Below are positions 11,721 to 18,878 of a stretch of 64,000 nt of DNA, one piece after another. The stretch spans positions 2,335-66,334 of the forward strand of contig CBFHAS010000002.1 of the NCBI GenBank assembly GCA_965653625.1, read 5' to 3'. The stretch's first letter is position 1. The number at the start of each line of letters is the position of its first letter. The notes beneath the pieces were generated by a model, which was given only the letters and a program-made list of their open reading frames with translations, ran no database searches and was not told the DNA's origin. The translations under genes were made by a program, and so were the position numbers. The stretch is from an uncultured Burkholderiaceae bacterium (GTDB lineage: Bacteria; Pseudomonadota; Gammaproteobacteria; Burkholderiales; Burkholderiaceae_C).

Positions 11721-11785
11721 GGGCCGGCCGCCGCTGTCGCGGCTGTCTACAATCAAAAGTTCCTTGCGACCACGCCTGTGCGCCC

Positions 11786-12016
11786 ATGTCGAAGATCGAT
11801 GAACTTGCCGAACGCGTCGAGAGGTTGCTGCTTCGGCATGAAGAGATCAAGCGCACGAATGCGCTGCTGGAGCGGCAGCTCGCAGCTGTGATACAGGAGC
11901 GCGACAGCCTCAAGCAGCGGCTGAATGCGGCGCGCACGCGCATCGATGCGTTGCTCGAAAGGCTACCCGGCGATGACTCCGTCACTACCGACACCGACGG
12001 CACGGAGGCGCGATGA
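11786..12016 (+). CDS. ZapB-like / DUF904 coiled-coil protein
   Basis: 76 aa heptad-rich sequence (MSKIDELAERVERLL...); ATGA-coupled to zapA. Confidence 0.75.
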   Translation: MSKIDELAERVERLLLRHEEIKRTNALLERQLAAVIQERDSLKQRLNAARTRIDALLERLPGDDSVTTDTDGTEAR

Positions 12017-12327
12017 AGCAGCTGGAAGTAACCATCATGGGGCAGAGCTACATCCTGGCCTGCCCCGAAGGTGGTGAGCAGTCGCTGCTTGAAGCGGTGG
12101 CCCAGGTGGATCGCGAGATGAGCGCCATACGCGATGCTGGAAAAGTCAAGGCACGCGAACGTATCGCCGTGCTGGCGGCATTGAACCTGGCGTATGCGTT
12201 GGCCCAGCGGCCCGCCGTAGCAACTGTAGCCTGTGCACCGGGCACAGCGACGGGGCATAGCACGGACGTTGGCGCACTCATCCAACGCATCGACCAAGCC
12301 CTTGGTGTGGACGGTCAATTGCTGTGA
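12013..12327 (+). CDS. zapA: Cell division protein ZapA
   Basis: VTIMGQSYILACP...ERIAVLAALNLA. Confidence 0.92.
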   Translation: MKQLEVTIMGQSYILACPEGGEQSLLEAVAQVDREMSAIRDAGKVKARERIAVLAALNLAYALAQRPAVATVACAPGTATGHSTDVGALIQRIDQALGVDGQLL

Positions 12328-12344
12328 TGCGAAGGGTGCGCGCG

Positions 12345-12350
12345 TAGAAT
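12345..12350 (+). promoter_or_regulatory. Probable sigma70 -10 element of the 6S RNA
   Basis: TAGAAT 5 nt before the predicted 6S 5' end. Confidence 0.6.
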
Positions 12351-12355
12351 CATTC

Positions 12356-12531
12356 TGTCCGTTGCGTTCGCGTGGGTTCTATAGTTCCTTGAACCGATGC
12401 TCGTGCGAGCAAGGGCTTGGAAAATGCCCGGCAGGCGTGATCGTCTCGCGTCAGATGAACCCGAAGCCCGGCTGACCTCGCCCACCTGAATCCTTGGGTT
12501 CAGGAATGCGGCTCACGGCTCGCGACGGACA
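12356..12531 (+). ncRNA. ssrS: 6S RNA
   Basis: Canonical position after zapA; terminal stem TGTCCGTTGCG / CGCGACGGACA; about 176 nt; internal CCTTGAACC / GGTTCAGG pairing. Confidence 0.85.
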
Positions 12532-12559
12532 CCATCCTTTATCTTCCCTCGCCGGTGAC

Positions 12560-13024
12560 ATGGCCTACTGGCTGATGAAGAGCGAGCCAGACGAGTGCTC
12601 GATCGACGACCTCGCGTGCGCGCCTTCGCAGAAGGTGCCGTGGTTCGGTGTGCGCGGCTGGCAGGCGCGTAACTTCATGCGCAACGACATGCGCATCGGC
12701 GACGGTGTGCTCTTCTATCACTCGTCGTGCGCTGTGCCCGGAATCTACGGCTTGGCCGAAGTAGCGGGCGAGCCCTATCCCGACGAGACGCAGTTCGATC
12801 CGGCCAGCCCCTACTACGACGAGAAGTCGCGTCGCGAGCGCCCGCGCTGGTATCTGGTCGACGTCAAGCTGGTGCGCAAGACGCGCCCGCTGCCACTGAG
12901 TGAGATGCGCCGCACACCTTCTATCGCGGGCATGCAGGTTCTGCGTCGCGGCAATCGCCTGTCCATTACGCCCGTCACGCCGGAAGAGTGGGCCGCGGTG
13001 CTCGAGCTGCTGGAAGCCGAATGA
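12560..13024 (+). CDS. EVE domain-containing protein
   Basis: YWLMKSEP, WFGVRGWQARNFMR, GDGVLFYHS, RLSITPV. Confidence 0.92.
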   Translation: MAYWLMKSEPDECSIDDLACAPSQKVPWFGVRGWQARNFMRNDMRIGDGVLFYHSSCAVPGIYGLAEVAGEPYPDETQFDPASPYYDEKSRRERPRWYLVDVKLVRKTRPLPLSEMRRTPSIAGMQVLRRGNRLSITPVTPEEWAAVLELLEAE

Positions 13025-13842
13025 TCTTCGGACTCGAGTGGCCACTCATCCTGCAACTGCTTCTCCTCGGCTGCTTCACCGGCTTCCTCGCGGGGCTACT
13101 GGGCATCGGCGGCGGCATGTTGATGGTGCCGTTCATGACGCTGATCCTCTCGGCGCACGGCCTGCAAGCGGTGCTATCGGTGAAGATGGCCATCGCCACG
13201 TCCATGGCCACCATCCTGTTCACCTCGGTCTCCAGCGTGCGCGCGCATCACAAGCGCGGCGCTGTGCGATGGAATCTGGTGCGCACGCTTGCACCCGGCA
13301 TCATGGCCGGCGGCCTGCTGTCGGGGGCAGCCGTCTTTGCCTTGCTCAAGGGCACGACGCTGGCCTTGGTGTTCGCGCTGTTCGTCGGCTTCTCCGCCAC
13401 CCAGATGCTGGTCAACAAGAAGCCGCATGCCAGCCGGCAGATGCCCGGCCCGGCCGGCCGGTTCGCAGCGGGAGGCGTGATCGGTTTTGTCTCGGGCCTG
13501 GTCGGTGCGGGCGGCGGCTTCATCTCCGTGCCCTTCATGACCCGCTGCAACGTGCCCATGCACAACGCGGTGGCCACGAGCGCTGCACTGGGGTTTCCCA
13601 TCGCATTGGCCAACACGGTGGGCTATGTCATCAGCGGGTGGTTCGAGCGACCCGCACTCCCAGGCAGCTTTGGCTACCTCTGGCTGCCCGCCTTGGCCGT
13701 GATCGCCATGGCAAGCGTACTGTTCGCGCCGCTGGGTGCGAAGGCAGCCCATGCAATGAACGTACTGCAATTGAGGCGGCTTTTCGCGCTGATGTTGTAC
13801 CTTCTGGCGGCGTACATGCTTCACAAGGCGGTGGGCGGTTAA
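13021..13842 (+). CDS. TauE/SafE-family sulfite exporter
   Basis: GLLGIGGG and GLVGAGGG repeats; about 8 hydrophobic segments. Confidence 0.88.
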   Translation: MIFGLEWPLILQLLLLGCFTGFLAGLLGIGGGMLMVPFMTLILSAHGLQAVLSVKMAIATSMATILFTSVSSVRAHHKRGAVRWNLVRTLAPGIMAGGLLSGAAVFALLKGTTLALVFALFVGFSATQMLVNKKPHASRQMPGPAGRFAAGGVIGFVSGLVGAGGGFISVPFMTRCNVPMHNAVATSAALGFPIALANTVGYVISGWFERPALPGSFGYLWLPALAVIAMASVLFAPLGAKAAHAMNVLQLRRLFALMLYLLAAYMLHKAVGG

Positions 13843-13856
13843 AACCGCCGGCGCGG

Positions 13857-14900
13857 CTAGACCGCGTCGAAACGGATGCTGGCGAGCGTGACGTGGTTGC
13901 CGCCGCGGCGCTGCGCTTCTGCAAGTGCATGATCAGCCGCCTGCTTGAGCTCTTCCTGCGTGTGCGCGGTGTGCGGGAAACTGGCGACACCCATGGAGAC
14001 GGTGAAGCCCAGGTCGCGGCCGTCGAGCACGACGATCTGCGTCGCACACTGTCGCCGCAGGCCTTCCATGCGCGAATGCGCGGTCGCCAGTCCCACGCCC
14101 GACAGCAGGATGGAGAAACGGTCCTCGTCCAGGCGGCACGAAGCATCCATCGCACGAGTATTACCGCGCAGCAGTCGCCCCAGCGCCTCCAGCACGCGGG
14201 TGCGCGCGCCCTCCCCCATGGCCTGCACTGCATCCGACAGCGAATCGAGCGCAATGGAAACCAGTGCGAACTCGCGGTGCTCACGGGAAGACAGGTCAAC
14301 TTCCCGGCGAAGCTGGTCGTCGAAGTGCACGCGCTGGTACAGCCCGGTGACGGTATCGCGCAACGCCTGGTCCTGCGTCTCGCGACGCAGGACCTCAGTG
14401 GCCGCCTGCTGCTGCTCGAGCTGCTTCAGGGCCTTGTCCAGCTGCGCATCGCGCAGGTGGGCCTGTGTGGTTTCGATCCAGACGCACCCGAGATGCCGGG
14501 AGGCGCTTCCGGCGGCGGAAGGCAGCGGGGCGCGCACGACGTTGAAGTCGCGCCGCTGACGCTCGCGCCCGATGTGGTGCTCGGTGGAAGTGGAGCCGGA
14601 CTGTCCGACGGCGGCCTGGTCTGCGGCTCGCAGCGCACCGGCCAGGTCTGGTCCGAACAGCTGCGCGTCGGTGTGCCCGATCACGTGATCCGGGGAGCGG
14701 CCGACCAGGGCCGCCATGCGTAGGTTGGCGTAGACGTAACGGCCACCGGCCATCTCTTTGATGGCAAAGGGTGCCTCGAGCCGCTCCACGAGGGACAGAA
14801 GCAAGCCCCCCAGCGCGCCATCCGCCAAGCCATGCACTGCCGCGAGCTGGCATACCTGATCGGCCAACTCAGAAGGCGTGAACTGCATGGTCTCCGTCAT
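13857..14900 (-). CDS. PAS + degenerate GGDEF-domain protein
   Basis: PAS-like YVYANLRMAALVG...IGHTD; DTVTGLYQR; active-site motif reads DEDRF; RxxD (RAMD) retained. Confidence 0.85.
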   Translation of the reverse strand: MTETMQFTPSELADQVCQLAAVHGLADGALGGLLLSLVERLEAPFAIKEMAGGRYVYANLRMAALVGRSPDHVIGHTDAQLFGPDLAGALRAADQAAVGQSGSTSTEHHIGRERQRRDFNVVRAPLPSAAGSASRHLGCVWIETTQAHLRDAQLDKALKQLEQQQAATEVLRRETQDQALRDTVTGLYQRVHFDDQLRREVDLSSREHREFALVSIALDSLSDAVQAMGEGARTRVLEALGRLLRGNTRAMDASCRLDEDRFSILLSGVGLATAHSRMEGLRRQCATQIVVLDGRDLGFTVSMGVASFPHTAHTQEELKQAADHALAEAQRRGGNHVTLASIRFDAV

Positions 14901-15066
14901 TGCTGGGTCTCTCTTCGGCACGATGCAGAACGGGCACCGCCCGGGCGATCTTTGTCCGGGGGGGTTGGCTTTGCAAGCTCCGAACTCAGATGCGAACCCC
15001 CTATGTTGATGATAGCGGCGGGCATCAAAGGCCCCCGCACGCACGCCTATCGAAGTGCCGAGTTCT

Positions 15067-15390
15067 TCACGCGCGATAGGCCCCCCGCGCAGGGGGTCGG
15101 CGCGTAAGGAGGATTCGCACATGGGCGCCGCATGCGGCACGCGAAACGCCTCGTCCTCGCAGACCTGGCGGGCGCGCATGGGGATGCACTTGGTTCGATC
15201 CACAACCTTGATATGCGTCTTCCGGACTGGCCCGCTGAACCACGATGACGTCCTGCCCAGCCTCGCCCACGTGCCGCACCAAGTTGCTGCGCTCCACCGC
15301 ACCAAGGACGTGAATGCCGACGCGACGGAGTCGGCGGCCGCAGTCGTGAGGCCCGTTGAATGCTGTTAGCAGCAGCCAAGAGTTCATCAT
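15067..15390 (-). pseudogene. Possible truncated remnant of a NasT-like (ANTAR) response regulator N-terminus
   Basis: LRRVGIHVLGAVERSNLVRHV...QDVIVV resembles, from recall, the receiver-like N-terminus of Burkholderiales ANTAR regulators; then degenerates with no ANTAR domain; divergent from the nitrate transporter. Confidence 0.4.
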
Positions 15391-15486
15391 CGGGAACCAG
15401 GGCTCTACATCGGGGGAGACGCGGCTTGCATTGCATCACCGATGCGAGCGCGCTGGGTCAGCACCATAGCCCCGTCTGCGGGCATC

Positions 15487-15502
15487 TGGCACAGCGTTTG
15501 CG
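15487..15502 (+). promoter_or_regulatory. Sigma54 -24/-12 promoter of the nitrate transporter
   Basis: TGGCAC-agcgt-TTGCG. Confidence 0.8.
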
Positions 15503-15709
15503 AGACAGCGATCGGGGGTAACGCTGCACCCTGATCGGCTCGCTGCAGGGCCAGTCGTGCTCACGAGGCTGTGGGCGCGGCTTGTGACCTGACCCGGACC
15601 TGCACCGCGTCGCACCGCCGCGTCCCGCCCGCCCGGCACATGCCATCGGCGCGGGTCGACAGGCTTGCGCGCGGTGCTGTCGTCAACCCTTCGACCTTCT
15701 ATCCACAAC

Positions 15710-16987
15710 ATGGGCATGTCGCACTTCAAGACCTTCACGCGCGCCGGCCACTGGCCGACGCTTTTCGCCGCATTCCTGTACTTCGACTTCTGCTTCGCCA
15801 TCTGGGTGCTCAACGGTGCCATGGCGCCGTTCATCAGCGAAAGCTTCACGCTCACGCCAGCGCAGAAGGGTTTCATGGTGTCGGTGCCCATCCTGGCCGG
15901 CGCGCTGATGCGCTTTCCGCTGGGCGTGCTGTCGCAGTACATCGGCCGCAAGAACGCCGCCATGGTGGAGATGGCACTCATCGTCATGGCGTTGGGCTAT
16001 GGGTTCATGTGGGTCGACACCTATGACGAGGTGTTGGCCATGGGCGTGCTGCTGGGCATCGCCGGCGCGAGCTTCGGTGTCGCGCTGTCGCTCGGCTCCG
16101 GCTGGTATCCGGCCAAGTACAAGGGGCTCGCAATGGGCATCGCCGGTGCGGGCAACTCCGGCACCGTCCTGGCCGTGCTTTTCGCGCCGCCGCTGGCCAC
16201 GACGTACGGCTGGCAAACGGTCTATGGCATCGCCGCATCCACCATGCTGGTCCCCATGGCAGTGATGTGGCTTGCCGCCAAAGAGCCGCCTGACCGGGAG
16301 CACCAGACGTTGCGCGAGCACATCTCCTGCCTGTTCGAAAAGGACGGCTGGGCCTTCAGCCTCATCTACATCGTCACCTTCGGCGGCTTCATCGGCTTGG
16401 CGAGCTTCCTGCCCACCTACTTTCACGACCAATTCGGCGTCACCAAGGTTCAGGCGGGCCAGTTGACCATGCTGGCCACGCTGATGGGCTCGGCAGTGCG
16501 CGTCCTTGGCGGCTACATCTCCGACCGAGTGGGCGGCATCAACACGCTGTCCGGCGTGCTGGTGCTTGTGGCGGTGACGCTGGTGCTGTGCGGGTTCGCA
16601 TCCACGTCGGTGGCGGTGACCACGCTGCTGTTCATGCTGTGCTTCGCCGCGTTAGGCGCAGGCAACGGAGCGCTGTTCCAGCTGGTGCCGCTGCGCTGGC
16701 CGCTTGCCACCGCGGTGGCGGGCTCCATGATCGGCGAGATTGGCGCGCTGGGCGGCGGCTTCCTGCCTAACGCAATGGGCCAATCGAAGCAGCTTGCGGG
16801 CACCTACCTGTGGGGCTTCGTGTCCTTCGCGGTGCTGGCGATCGCCATGCTCCTCATGCTGCGCGTCGTGCAGATCCGCTGGACGCGCACCTGGGCCGAG
16901 AAAGGCGGACGCGCGCGCTCCACTCCGGCTGCGCCGGAGGTTGGCTTCGCGCCCAGCACGGTCGGCACCCGCAGCGCCCGGCCTTGA
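15710..16987 (+). CDS. NarK/NasA-family nitrate/nitrite MFS transporter
   Basis: Nitrate signature GIAGASFGVA...GIAGAGNSG; FGGFIG; GAGNGALFQ. Confidence 0.92.
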   Translation: MGMSHFKTFTRAGHWPTLFAAFLYFDFCFAIWVLNGAMAPFISESFTLTPAQKGFMVSVPILAGALMRFPLGVLSQYIGRKNAAMVEMALIVMALGYGFMWVDTYDEVLAMGVLLGIAGASFGVALSLGSGWYPAKYKGLAMGIAGAGNSGTVLAVLFAPPLATTYGWQTVYGIAASTMLVPMAVMWLAAKEPPDREHQTLREHISCLFEKDGWAFSLIYIVTFGGFIGLASFLPTYFHDQFGVTKVQAGQLTMLATLMGSAVRVLGGYISDRVGGINTLSGVLVLVAVTLVLCGFASTSVAVTTLLFMLCFAALGAGNGALFQLVPLRWPLATAVAGSMIGEIGALGGGFLPNAMGQSKQLAGTYLWGFVSFAVLAIAMLLMLRVVQIRWTRTWAEKGGRARSTPAAPEVGFAPSTVGTRSARP

Positions 16988-17034
16988 TGGCCCGAAGGAG
17001 GCCGCCTATGCATGCGCCCGTATCGGCCCGTTTG

Positions 17035-18786
17035 CTAGCGCGGCAGGAAGAGCAGCCAATACACGAGCAGCAGGTTGAACAGCACCGACACGGCGAGCGC
17101 CACTTTCCACAGCGCGGCCGGATCGCGGGCGACCAGCGGCGTGCTGACGGGTGCAGCCAGTGCCCGCGACGCGCCGCGCTCCAGCGCGAGCACCAGTTCC
17201 TCCGCGGTCTCGAACCGCTGTCGCGGATCGAGTGCGATGGCCTTGAGCGCCACGTGGTCCAACCAAATCGGAACGTCTGGCCGTAGTCGCGACGGCGGCT
17301 TGGGGTCGCGTCGGAAGCGGGCCTTCTGGTAGGGCTCGACCTCGCCATAGGGCAGCTTGCCGGTGAGCCATTGGTACAGCGTGACGCCGAGCGCGAAAAG
17401 GTCGCTTCCCGCATCGGCGGGCGCCGGATCCTCGTCGTTCCACTGTTCCGGGTTCATGTAGCTCGGCGTGCCCGCGTGCAGCAGACGCAGCGGCTTGGGC
17501 TCGTTGCCGGACACCGCGACGCCGAGGTCCAGCACGCGCCACTGGCCGTCGTCACCCAGGTGGAGGTTGGCGGGCTTGAGATCGCGATGCACCACGCCGT
17601 GCCGGTGCAGCCGCCCAAGGGCGCGCGCCACGGCGAGGGAGCCCGCCACGATGTCGGGAACCGTGAACAGCGTTCCCCTGTCGAGCATGTGCTCGAGCGT
17701 GCGCCCGGCATGCCAGTCGAACACAGCGTAGAACGATGTGGGATTCACCGGGTCGCGCACGCACACGAATCCCGCGTCACCGTGGCCGCCAGAACCCGGG
17801 GCCACGCGGCTGGACAGCCACACCTCGTGCGCCAGCATGGCACGCTCTTCGCGGTCGCTGGCACGCGCCTCGTGCAGTGTCTTGATGGCGACCAACTCAT
17901 GCGTGCCGATGACGCGCGCTTGGTAAAGCCGATGCACACCGCTGTTGGAGATCTGGGCGGTGATGGTGTAGTCGTCCAGCCGGTCGCCGACCTTGAGCCG
18001 CGGCGGCACAGGCAACTGCCGCCCTTGAAGCAGGCTGTCTTCCAGCCGCCCCGGCGCGAGGCCGCGCACGCGCAGCACCAGCGCCGTCGCGTTGTCGCGC
18101 GTGCCGGCGCCGAGCGCTGCCATCACGATGGCATGGCTGGCAGCCTGAGCGTCTCCCTCGCGCGCCAGCGCGGCGAGCCGGGTGTGCTTGAGCACGCCAT
18201 GGACACCGTCGGTGGTGAGGACGAAGACATCGCCGATGTGCAGCTCGCCCTGCAGGAAGTCGATGCGCACGCGGTCATCCAGGCCCACGGCGCGCGTCAG
18301 CCGGCTGCGTTGGTCAGGATGGTCGAAGCAGTGGTCCTGCGTCAGCTGCACAAATTCGCTGCCCTGCCCGTCGCGCCGCTCGCGCCAGAGGCACGCCCGC
18401 GTGTCGCCCACGTGCGCCAGCGTGAACGCATGGCCTCGCAGCACCAGCGCCGTGACGGTGGTCATGGCCGCACCGCCGTCCGAACCGATGCCTTGCCGAC
18501 GCCGGTTGTGATCGGCCAGCCAAGCGTTTTGCGCGCCGATAAGGCGATCGAGCACGACCGTGGTGTCCCAGGTGTCAGGGCAACCGAAATAGTCCTGCAC
18601 GATGCTCATCACGGTGGTCTGCGCTGCCTCGAGGCCGCGGCCCCCGGCAGACACGCCGTCCGCGATCGCGGCGACGAGCCCGCGCGCCTCATCGTGGGGC
18701 GCCGGCCGCACCAAAGCGGCGAAATCCTCGTTGACTTCTCGCGGCCCCTTCACACTGAAGTGGCCGATTTCTACTTCAAAGCTCAT
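17035..18786 (-). CDS. Bifunctional PP2C phosphatase / Ser-Thr kinase with C-terminal TM helix
   Basis: PP2C: NEDF, IADGV, HVGDTR, TTDGV, RDNAT. Kinase: VAIK, HRDLKPAN, DLG, GTPSYMNPE. Confidence 0.92.
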   Translation of the reverse strand: MSFEVEIGHFSVKGPREVNEDFAALVRPAPHDEARGLVAAIADGVSAGGRGLEAAQTTVMSIVQDYFGCPDTWDTTVVLDRLIGAQNAWLADHNRRRQGIGSDGGAAMTTVTALVLRGHAFTLAHVGDTRACLWRERRDGQGSEFVQLTQDHCFDHPDQRSRLTRAVGLDDRVRIDFLQGELHIGDVFVLTTDGVHGVLKHTRLAALAREGDAQAASHAIVMAALGAGTRDNATALVLRVRGLAPGRLEDSLLQGRQLPVPPRLKVGDRLDDYTITAQISNSGVHRLYQARVIGTHELVAIKTLHEARASDREERAMLAHEVWLSSRVAPGSGGHGDAGFVCVRDPVNPTSFYAVFDWHAGRTLEHMLDRGTLFTVPDIVAGSLAVARALGRLHRHGVVHRDLKPANLHLGDDGQWRVLDLGVAVSGNEPKPLRLLHAGTPSYMNPEQWNDEDPAPADAGSDLFALGVTLYQWLTGKLPYGEVEPYQKARFRRDPKPPSRLRPDVPIWLDHVALKAIALDPRQRFETAEELVLALERGASRALAAPVSTPLVARDPAALWKVALAVSVLFNLLLVYWLLFLPR

Positions 18787-18823
18787 GTTGGTGCGGGGAG
18801 GTGGTTGTGCGAGCACCAGTCTC

Positions 18824-18839
18824 TGGCACCGGCCTTGCT
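18824..18839 (+). promoter_or_regulatory. Sigma54 -24/-12 promoter of nirBD-nasA
   Basis: TGGCAC-cggcc-TTGCT about 40 nt before the nirB ATG. Confidence 0.85.
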
Positions 18840-18878
18840 AAATCCTTTTGCGAGACCACGCGGTATGCGGAGACATCC

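Noticed and set aside
15503-15709. ANTAR dual-hairpin antiterminator in the nitrate transporter leader
   Set aside because: Small hairpins exist (e.g. CAGCG...CGCTG), but I found no paired hexaloop motif plus terminator.
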